Shown here one piece after another: positions 19,131-25,943 of a DNA stretch of 64,000 nucleotides. Source of the DNA: Anaerolineae bacterium (lineage in GTDB: Bacteria > Chloroflexota > Anaerolineae > B4-G1 > DUEL01); the NCBI GenBank assembly GCA_036172315.1, contig JASFBC010000158.1, positions 2,045 through 66,044 of the forward strand, read 5' to 3'. Position 1 is the first letter of the stretch, and every line of letters begins with the position of its first letter. The notes below the pieces were generated by a model. It did not search any database, was not told the origin of the DNA, and saw only the letters and a program-made list of their open reading frames with translations. A program made the translations under genes and the position numbers.

Positions 19131-19416
19131 CAGCCCGATGGAGATCGCCCTCTTGGCGCCGATGGGGGAATCGGCCTCCCTCCCGCAGACCACAGACGGC
19201 GTGGTCCTCACCCCACCCCCGGCGGCTTCGCCGCCGGGGGAGGGGTGAGGAAATAGCGGTTCGCCCGGCCTGCCGGTGGCCTCTGAAACCCGCGGGAGGG
19301 TAGGCAATTACCGGCGGTGGTCGGTGGCCTGTCATCTGTCGTCCATCTGGAAAGGACGGCGCAGGCTGTCCAGAGGCTCCAGGCCCAGGGAGGCTGACTT
19401 TCCGTCAGCGTTGAAT
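19131..19416 (+). repeat. R1 family, long copy carrying a nested about 105-bp insertion
   Basis: Collinear with 179-350 except for an extra segment at 19207-19311, which is flanked by CGGCGTGGTC / CGGCGGTGGTC. Confidence 0.8.
19206..19250. repeat. R3 hairpin (CCTCACCCC ... GGGGTGAGG) inside the nested insertion
   Basis: CCTCACCCC-ACCCCCGGCGGCttcGCCGCCGGGGGA-GGGGTGAGG, a nearly perfect long hairpin. Confidence 0.8.
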
Positions 19417-19497
19417 AGTTACGACAGGATGTTAAAAAACCCTTCCCCCATCACCCGATGGCGGGCACAGGCGACCGGAGGGCCGACGTCTGAAGCC

Positions 19498-20538
19498 TCA
19501 CCCTCTCCCAAACAGTGCCCAGGAGACCCCGAGAGCCAGGCCGGTATTGAAGAGGGTCGCAGCCAGATAGACGGCCAGAGGGCGCAGGCCGATTTTGCGG
19601 AACTCGCCGAAAGCCAGGTCCCAGCCGATGCCAATGAAAGCCAGTGTGAAGGCCCAGTTGCGCAGCGCGGTGATGTCTTTGACCTGGGCCTTTGTGAACA
19701 CCCCTACCGATGCCAATACCGAGACCAGCATAAAGCCCAGGACGAACTTGGGGAAGCGGTCCCAGAGCACCTGTGCGCCGGGGCGCCCGGCCCCCGCCCG
19801 CTCCTCCCGCGCGACCCAGTAGAGAGCCAGCAGGAAGGCAACCACACCGATAAGGGCGTTCTGTGCCATCTTGACAATGGAGGCGACCCGGACGGCTTCC
19901 TCGCCATAAATAGCCCCCGCGCCAACAACAGCGGCGGTGGTATCTATGTTTCCACCGAACCAGGCCCCGGCCCACCCTGCGGGCATCCCGGCGAGGGCCG
20001 CGATCCAGGGCATCAGCACCATCATCGGCAGCGCGATGATGATAACCAGCGCGGTCACGTAGGCCAGATGCTCCTTCTTGGCCAGAATGGACCCGGCGGC
20101 CGCGATGGCCGCGGAGACGCCGCAGATGGAAACGGCGGCGCACATCACCGCCCGTAGTTTTTTCTCTAACTGAAGTACCTCGCCCAGCCACCAGGTGAAA
20201 AGGAAGACCAGGCTCACCATGACCAGGGCCTGGACCAGCCCCCGAAGACCCACGCTGAGTACCTCGGTGATGTTCACCCCGACTCCCAGCAGGACCAGAC
20301 CAACCTTGAGGAAGAGTTCGGTGCGGAATACCGCCCCCAGTTTCTCTTTGACCTTCAGTCCGCTGGCGATGCCGTTCGCCGCCAAACCCAGCACGGCAGC
20401 CCAGAGGGGATATTCCAGAGCCTTCGGACTGTGGGATGCCAGGCGGTTCGCAGCCAGGGCCAGGAGACCCAGCAGGAGGGCCGAAGCAAATCCCCACAGA
20501 ATCCGTCCGCTGGAGGGTACGGAAGTTATGCTGGTCAT
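19498..20538 (-). CDS. YeiH/UPF0324-family membrane protein (putative sulfate exporter, PSE family)
   Basis: 346-aa polytopic protein with family-typical segments (..FLKVGLVLLG.., ..AVSICGVSAAIAAA.., ..GNIDTTAAVVGAG..). Confidence 0.75.
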   Translation of the reverse strand: MTSITSVPSSGRILWGFASALLLGLLALAANRLASHSPKALEYPLWAAVLGLAANGIASGLKVKEKLGAVFRTELFLKVGLVLLGVGVNITEVLSVGLRGLVQALVMVSLVFLFTWWLGEVLQLEKKLRAVMCAAVSICGVSAAIAAAGSILAKKEHLAYVTALVIIIALPMMVLMPWIAALAGMPAGWAGAWFGGNIDTTAAVVGAGAIYGEEAVRVASIVKMAQNALIGVVAFLLALYWVAREERAGAGRPGAQVLWDRFPKFVLGFMLVSVLASVGVFTKAQVKDITALRNWAFTLAFIGIGWDLAFGEFRKIGLRPLAVYLAATLFNTGLALGVSWALFGRG

Positions 20539-20551
20539 TGGGTTCTCCTCC

Positions 20552-20683
20552 TCACCAGGGAACAGGGCTCAACACGCCCAGGAGAACCAGGGCGATCAGG
20601 AGAAATCCCAGGATGACGGCCCACCAGTCCTCGCTTAGGCGCAGAAAGGACGACTCCCGCCTTCTGATCGCTTTCTCCTCCAT
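20552..20683 (-). CDS. 43-aa single-TM peptide, translationally coupled to the exporter gene
   Basis: [43 protein letters not shown]. It is below the ORF-track cutoff. A purine-rich RBS lies upstream. Its stop is embedded in the GAGGAGGAG RBS, 13 nt before the yeiH-like ATG. Confidence 0.45.
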   Translation of the reverse strand: MEEKAIRRRESSFLRLSEDWWAVILGFLLIALVLLGVLSPVPW

Positions 20684-20727
20684 GAAACCCCCTTTCCTTT
20701 ACCAGGGTGACCTGGCTGTCGAGCGTT

Positions 20728-20755
20728 GTTATAACCCAATTTCTCCCTCTGCCAA
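20728..20755 (-). promoter_or_regulatory. Candidate promoter for the small ORF and exporter
   Basis: Minus strand TTGGCA-16-TATAAC. Confidence 0.35.
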
Positions 20756-20861
20756 CAGAGCATGCCGGCCAGGGCTTATCAAACGGTATGTGCAACCCAA
20801 CCCGACTTGTCCGGGAGGTTTCCTGCCGGTGGCGTTGCCGCCGACAGAGAAACCGCTTGGC

Positions 20862-22910
20862 CTATGCCATCTGCTGTGCCACCAGTTCCACCACGTCCAT
20901 CACCCGGACGCGCAGTTTCTCCTGCCGGGCCGCGCCCGCCAGCGTCCGCTTGCACTGCTGGCAGGCGGAGAGGAGAATCTTCGCGCCGGTGGCCTGGACC
21001 TCGCCGATGCGCCGCCGTGCGACGGCCGCAACCAGGTCTTTATCCGCCATCTCCACATCCCCGCCGCCACCGCAGCAGAGGGAGTACTGGTGGTGATGCT
21101 CCATTTCCACCAGTGTGACGCCGGGGATCGCCCGGATGACCTCCCGGGGCGCGTCGTACACCCCGCTGGTCCGCCCCAGGTCACACGGGTCGTGGTAGGT
21201 GACCGGCTCCTCCAGGGGCCTCAGTGGGACGCGCCCCTCCATCAGGAGTTCCGCCAGCAGTTCCGTCAGGTGGAGGACCTCAAAACCCAGGGGCTCGCCC
21301 AGGATGCGGGGGTAATCGTGTTTCCAGGTATGGTAACAGGAGGGGCAGGCCGCGACCAGCCGCCGCGCCCCCGTTCGGCGGACGGCCTCCCGGTTGTGGC
21401 GCATTGCCTCCACTGCCACGTCCCCCATTCCGGCGATGATCAGCGGGAAGCCGCAGCACCACTCCTCCCCGCCCAGCGTCAGGTAATCCACCCCGGCTTT
21501 CTCCAGCACCTGCACCGCGTTCTGCGGGATGGAGTAGGACTGGGGATAAAAGGACGCGACGCAGCCGACAAAGTAGACCACTTCGGCCCGTGTCTTCCTG
21601 CCGACCCCCTCCGGGATCTCGGGCAGGTTCTGGCTCCAGATAAGCCGGTTCGTGTTGTCGTCGCCGGAGATGTTGTGGTGGGTCAGGAAGGTCTCCCGGA
21701 GACGGTCAAAGACCGCCGGATAGACCCCCTGCCGGACCAGGTCCTGGCGCATAGCGATCCAGAGTTCGCGGGTCTGGATGTGGGCCGGGCAGACAACGGC
21801 ACAGCGCCCGCAGAGGGTACAGTCATATGTGCCGGCAGCGTGGGTCTGGAGGGCTTCCGCTTCGGGAGGATGGGGGCCAAAGAGGCGGGCCCACAGGCCA
21901 AACTGCCCCCGAACGAACCACCGCACCGCCTCAATCTTGCGCAGCGGCGTGATACCGTCCAGGTCCGGTTTCTCGGTGAAGGTGGGACACCACAGGACGC
22001 ACTCGCCACAGCGGGTGCAGGCATCCAGCGCTATCAGTTGGTGGAAGGTGAAGAGGGAAAGGTCAGGCCGGGACTGGGCAGTTCCTCCTGCAATCATGGC
22101 CCCTTCAGGCTGCACCCCGCTCATCGTCGCCATCAGGGCCGTGGCAACGGCGTGTAGAAACTTGGAGTAAGGGATGGTGACGATGACAACGGATGTCAAC
22201 AGGCCGTGGCCCAGGAAGAACGCGTCGGCAAGGGCCTCCCAGGGCAGGTCCCATCCGGCGACCAGGCGGGCGAGGTGGTAGCCGATGAAGGCCATATACG
22301 GGGCGGGGCCATCGTAGCCAGCGTTCAGGCGGACGATCTCAGTGATCCAGCCGGTCAACAGGATCAGCCCCAGCCCCAGAACCATCCAGGTGTCCATAGA
22401 GCCAGTGCGGAGTTGGGCGGGGCGGGCCAGGTAGCGGCGAAAAACGTAGAAGAGCAGGCCCGCTATCATCATTGTGCCGCCTATCTCGTTCAGGAGAGCC
22501 GTGACCGGATGATCGGCGGTGTACCACATGGAAATCCAGGGGATGTGCCCAAGATGAAACAGGTGGTAGAGAACCTTCTCTGAGAGGGCGGCCAGGCCGG
22601 AGAGGGTCATCAGAAGCAGGAATCCGTTCAAGAGGAGAAAATGGCTCAGCCACCGCCAGCGGCTGGTCCGCCAGAGGCGGCGGTTGAACCATGCCTCGGT
22701 GAGGAAGGCCTTCAGGATGAAGGGGAGTTGGCGGCTGAAGATGGCCCGCAACGTCCTGCCCAACAAAACGAGAAACTTTCGTCCGGTAGAGGCAGTGTGG
22801 ACGCCTTCCATCCGTCCCTGGAGCCAGATGCCCACTCCATCCGCCAGTCCGATCAGGAAGAGGACCATAAGGGGAAGATGGACGACCCAGAAAAGGGTTT
22901 CAATATTCAC
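20862..22910 (-). CDS. Membrane-anchored heterodisulfide-reductase-like protein: NarI/DsrM/HdrE-like polytopic domain fused to an HdrD/DsrK-like Fe-S/CCG domain
   Basis: The first about 280 aa are His-containing TM helices. They are followed by CTRCGECVLWCP and CTLCGRCAVVCP, then CCG motifs EEWCCGFPL and YSLCCGGGGD. GTG 22910 with GGAGG-N6 is preferred; ATG 22961 is possible. Confidence 0.8.
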   Translation of the reverse strand: MNIETLFWVVHLPLMVLFLIGLADGVGIWLQGRMEGVHTASTGRKFLVLLGRTLRAIFSRQLPFILKAFLTEAWFNRRLWRTSRWRWLSHFLLLNGFLLLMTLSGLAALSEKVLYHLFHLGHIPWISMWYTADHPVTALLNEIGGTMMIAGLLFYVFRRYLARPAQLRTGSMDTWMVLGLGLILLTGWITEIVRLNAGYDGPAPYMAFIGYHLARLVAGWDLPWEALADAFFLGHGLLTSVVIVTIPYSKFLHAVATALMATMSGVQPEGAMIAGGTAQSRPDLSLFTFHQLIALDACTRCGECVLWCPTFTEKPDLDGITPLRKIEAVRWFVRGQFGLWARLFGPHPPEAEALQTHAAGTYDCTLCGRCAVVCPAHIQTRELWIAMRQDLVRQGVYPAVFDRLRETFLTHHNISGDDNTNRLIWSQNLPEIPEGVGRKTRAEVVYFVGCVASFYPQSYSIPQNAVQVLEKAGVDYLTLGGEEWCCGFPLIIAGMGDVAVEAMRHNREAVRRTGARRLVAACPSCYHTWKHDYPRILGEPLGFEVLHLTELLAELLMEGRVPLRPLEEPVTYHDPCDLGRTSGVYDAPREVIRAIPGVTLVEMEHHHQYSLCCGGGGDVEMADKDLVAAVARRRIGEVQATGAKILLSACQQCKRTLAGAARQEKLRVRVMDVVELVAQQMA

Positions 22911-23007
22911 AAAGCACCTCCGTAAAGTGCGATGAGAAGCGCAGATGGCGCGCCAAACCATCCTCCCGGCTGTCCAGAGCCTTCAGGAGCCATAACAGCA
23001 CGCTGGG

Positions 23008-23439
23008 TTAACCCAGAAGGTTCTTGTACTTCACCGCTTCCCCCTCTATGAACGCGCGGAATTCAGGGGAGTCCGCCCGGAAAAGGTTATCCAGTTCTGC
23101 CGGGTTGGACATCTCAATCCGGACCAGCCATCCCTGATCAAAGGGGGACTGGTTGATGAGAGAGGGCTCAAATTCCAGTTCCTCGTTGACGGCGACGATT
23201 TTGCCGCTGACGAGCGCAGGGACGCGCCCAACCCACTTGCCCGATTCCATAGACATAAAGGTCTGGCCCTGGGTCACGGCCTTCCCCACCGGGGGGATTT
23301 CCACGTAGACAATCTCTTTGGCGATGCGTTGACCGAAGTCGGTCAGGCCCTGGACGATGGTATTGCCCTCCACCCGGGCCCAATTGTGCTGTTTGTCGTA
23401 GTAGAGGTCGTCGGGGAATTCAATACCGGCGATCTGCAT
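23008..23439 (-). CDS. GcvH-family lipoyl-carrier protein (orphan; glycine-cleavage H or LbpA-like)
   Basis: ..HNWARVEGNTIVQGLTDFGQ..IVYVEIPPVGKAV..FMSMESGKWVGRVPALVSGKIVAVNEEL..PSLINQSPFDQGWLVRIE. The lipoyl-Lys context (ESGKW) is retained. RBS is GAGGAGG. Confidence 0.85.
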   Translation of the reverse strand: MQIAGIEFPDDLYYDKQHNWARVEGNTIVQGLTDFGQRIAKEIVYVEIPPVGKAVTQGQTFMSMESGKWVGRVPALVSGKIVAVNEELEFEPSLINQSPFDQGWLVRIEMSNPAELDNLFRADSPEFRAFIEGEAVKYKNLLG

Positions 23440-23509
23440 GACGTACCTCCTCGTGGAGTTTGTTGGTTAAGAGCCCCGCCGCGCAACTACCTACCAGGCA
23501 GTGGTTTAG

Positions 23510-23552
23510 CCCTCACCCCCTTCGGCGAAGCCGCTGGGGGTGGGGGTGAGGG
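23510..23552. repeat. R3 hairpin copy
   Basis: CCCTCACCCCC-ttcggcgaagccgctgggggt-GGGGGTGAGGG, followed by GAGGAAGGGTAGG as in other copies. Confidence 0.75.
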
Positions 23553-23618
23553 AGGAAGGGTAGGTGGTTGTAGAAGTTTGCCCGATTCCTCTCGTCCACC
23601 AGGCCTATGAAGTATGGA

Positions 23619-23646
23619 ATTATATCCCGATATGCCAAATTGTCAA
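23619..23646 (-). promoter_or_regulatory. Consensus-grade sigma-70 promoter reading toward the GcvH-like/Hdr-like genes
   Basis: Minus strand TTGACA (23641-23646), a 16-nt spacer, then TATAAT (23619-23624). This implies a leader of about 170 nt containing the R3 hairpin. Confidence 0.55.
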
Positions 23647-23760
23647 GCACAGTCGGCTGGTATTCGGACGTGAGTTAGGACATAGGGCTGGTGGGGTATC
23701 TTCATCCCCCCAGCAGCGCGCAACGTTGAACTTGACCCCCAGGGCATTCAAGGATATATG

Positions 23761-23812
23761 GCTGTCCTCTGACCGAAGGCCCAAAGAGGCGGGCTTTCCG
23801 TCAGTGCTGAAT
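23761..23812 (+). repeat. R1 family, 3' module only
   Basis: GGCTGTCCTCTGACCGAAGGCCCAAAGAGGCGGGCTTTCCGTCAGTGCTGAAT matches the R1 3' end. Confidence 0.7.
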
Positions 23813-23833
23813 GTTAAAACGGAGCGCGGGAGG

Positions 23834-23862
23834 TTGCGCCCCTGACCATTGTCGGGTACAAT
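23834..23862 (+). promoter_or_regulatory. Candidate promoter for the lipoprotein gene
   Basis: TTGCGC-17-TACAAT, 28 nt before ATG 23890. Confidence 0.4.
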
Positions 23863-23889
23863 ACGGCTATCCTTTCCGGGGAGAACAGG

Positions 23890-25044
23890 ATGCCCGAACC
23901 TCCGTTCCTGGTCCGTTTGCATTCCACCCGGTGCATTGGAAATGCCGGGCATCTTCTCTTCCTGTTTGCTACTGCGCTCCTCCTGGCGGCCTGTTTCCCT
24001 CTCTCCCCGTCCCCCGCTCCAACCTGTCCGCCTGCTGCCCTGGTCACCTGCACCCCTGCACCGCCGTCCCTCTGTACCCCGGCCCCTTCTATCCCGCCGA
24101 CGGCCGCTCCGACGCCCCTGCCGCCCGAACCGGCCGCCATTCAGGCCACGATAGAGGCGGGGACATCCTATGCCGCTCGCGCAGGCATCCGGCCCCTCTG
24201 CATGCGCCAGGAGAACACCGACGATGACCCCGACCCGGAATGGGTGGGACTCTATCTCGCTTCTAGCGACCCTCCCCGCTTGCAGGGATTCGTCCTGGAC
24301 GGCCCGAATCGGCATGACCTGATCCCTCCCGAGAGCGAGGAGAGCAAGGGGCTGGGCGAGTTTCCGACCTGCGAACTGGAAGTCCGGGACCTGAACGCCG
24401 ATGGGCGGACGGAGATCATCATCTGGGGACACACTCAGGCAGGCGCAACGCTTCTCCATATTTTTGCCTGGGATGGCCGACAGTACGCCCTGGTGGCCGG
24501 GTTTGAGGGGAAAGGCGGCATCCGCCTGGAGAATCGGGACGGAGACCTGACAGATGAAGTGGTTGTCCGCTGGAGGCCCGAAGGCGACCTGGTGTGGGAG
24601 GTCATCTACACGTGGGACGGCGCCCATTACGCCTGGACCTGGGACCGATACGCCTGGTTCTATCTGGACCGCCCCCATGCTTATCCCGATGACACCCCTA
24701 TCCATGCGCTGGCCTCTTTCTACCTGGCACTGAATGACCGGGACCTCCCGATGGCGTACCGGATGCTCTCTCCGGCCGCCCAGTCGGTCCGGACCTACGA
24801 GGACTGGGTGTTAGGGTTCGCCACCACGTTGGGGGTAGAAGTGGGGGCGGTACGGGTAGTCGCGCAGGAAGGAGAGCGGGCTACCGTCGCTGCGCAGGTG
24901 CGAGCCCTGGATAATGTGGACGGTCGGGTTATCGCCACAGTGTACGCCGTGGAGTGGCAGATGGTACGCCTTGGGGGGAGTTGGCGGCTGGATAGGGGGG
25001 CGGCGGAGATGCTGGAAAGGTGGGAGGCTCGCTACTATCCGTGA
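23890..25044 (+). CDS. Hypothetical lipoprotein with Pro/Thr-rich linker and an FG-GAP/VCBS-like motif
   Basis: Signal with lipobox LLLAAC, a PT-rich linker, and DLNADGRTEIIIWG. I recognise no family for the C-terminal half. Confidence 0.6.
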   Translation: MPEPPFLVRLHSTRCIGNAGHLLFLFATALLLAACFPLSPSPAPTCPPAALVTCTPAPPSLCTPAPSIPPTAAPTPLPPEPAAIQATIEAGTSYAARAGIRPLCMRQENTDDDPDPEWVGLYLASSDPPRLQGFVLDGPNRHDLIPPESEESKGLGEFPTCELEVRDLNADGRTEIIIWGHTQAGATLLHIFAWDGRQYALVAGFEGKGGIRLENRDGDLTDEVVVRWRPEGDLVWEVIYTWDGAHYAWTWDRYAWFYLDRPHAYPDDTPIHALASFYLALNDRDLPMAYRMLSPAAQSVRTYEDWVLGFATTLGVEVGAVRVVAQEGERATVAAQVRALDNVDGRVIATVYAVEWQMVRLGGSWRLDRGAAEMLERWEARYYP

Positions 25045-25050
25045 AAACCT

Positions 25051-25140
25051 GTTCTGATGCCATTCCGCTTCGCTGTGGGGCTCACTGCTCGTAGTGAGGC
25101 CCGGAGCGCCGCGAAGGGCCGTTCTGATGCTCCAGCCGCT
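25051..25140 (+). repeat. R2 dispersed repeat (dimeric copy)
   Basis: GTTCTGATGCCATTCCGCTTCGCTGTGGGGCTCAC..GAGGCCCGGAGCGCCGCGAAGGGCCGTTCTGATGC.. is shared with 32249-32345 and 50277-50313. Confidence 0.7.
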
Positions 25141-25188
25141 ATTTTCTGGCCCGCAGGAATGCGCCCCGCGCGATGGGGTACCATCGGG

Positions 25189-25216
25189 TTGCGTCCTGGC
25201 GAAAATGGGGCATAAT
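25189..25216 (+). promoter_or_regulatory. Candidate thyX promoter
   Basis: TTGCGT-16-CATAAT, about 30 nt before GTG 25246 (RBS GGAGG). Confidence 0.3.
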
Positions 25217-25245
25217 AGGCGGCAAGTGATGCCCGGAGGCACACT

Positions 25246-25899
25246 GTGGAAGTGGAACTGATCGCCATCACTCGCTACCTGAAAGGGGACGGGAGTCCGG
25301 AGGCCCTGCTGGAGCACGCCGGGCGGGTCTGCTACCGGAGCGAGAGCCGGGGCGACCCGGCGGCCTTTCTGAAGGCCCGCATCCGGGAAGGACATGAGAG
25401 TCTCATTGAGCATGCCTCGGCGACCTTTGAGATTCGCGGCATCTCCCGCGCCTGCAGCCACCAACTGGTCCGCCACCGCATCGCTTCCTACTCTCAGGAG
25501 AGCCAGCGGTACGTCTCTATGGAGGACCCCGAATGGGTGCTGCCCCCGTCCATTCTCCAGGACGAGGAGGCGCGCGCCCTCTGGGAGCAGTTTGCCGCCC
25601 GGGTGAAGGAGACGTACCGCGCGCTGCGGGCGCGGGGAATCCGGAAAGAGGATGCCCGCTTCGTCCTGCCCAATGCGACCGCGACCCGCATCGTCGTCAC
25701 GATGAATTTCCGGGAACTGCGGCACGTCTTCCGGCTGCGCATCTCACCGGAGGCCCAGTGGGAAATCCGGGAGGTCGCGGTGCAGATGCTGGAGGCCGTC
25801 TACCCCTACGCGCCCGCCGTCTTCGGTGACCTGCGAGACGACCTGCGTCGCCGGTATCCGGAATTCTTTGACCATCGGCCACCAACCGTTGACAACTGA
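25246..25899 (+). CDS. thyX: FAD-dependent thymidylate synthase
   Basis: ThyX signature RHRIASYSQESQRY, plus HESLIEHA. The start codon is GTG. Confidence 0.9.
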   Translation: MEVELIAITRYLKGDGSPEALLEHAGRVCYRSESRGDPAAFLKARIREGHESLIEHASATFEIRGISRACSHQLVRHRIASYSQESQRYVSMEDPEWVLPPSILQDEEARALWEQFAARVKETYRALRARGIRKEDARFVLPNATATRIVVTMNFRELRHVFRLRISPEAQWEIREVAVQMLEAVYPYAPAVFGDLRDDLRRRYPEFFDHRPPTVDN

Positions 25900-25943
25900 T
25901 CACTGACAACTGACGGCTGATCACTCACCATAAAGGAGGTAGG

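Noticed and set aside
20535-20795. An 86-aa minus-strand ORF upstream of the exporter gene.
   Set aside because: Its composition is poor (Gly/Arg/Pro-rich). It overlaps the better-supported 43-aa TM ORF in another frame and has no RBS.
20436-22157. A 573-aa plus-strand ORF over the exporter/Hdr-like region. Similar long shadow ORFs occur at 5056-6288, 32242-33528, 33817-34989 and 36568-37608.
   Set aside because: All are antisense to genes with clear motifs and have Arg/Pro/Gly-dominated composition. They are GC-driven artefacts.
23564-23845. A 93-aa plus-strand ORF in the long intergenic region upstream of the GcvH-like gene.
   Set aside because: It runs through a promoter-like AT-rich patch and an R1 3' module. 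It has no RBS and no protein-like motifs. The region is better explained by two divergent promoters plus repeats.
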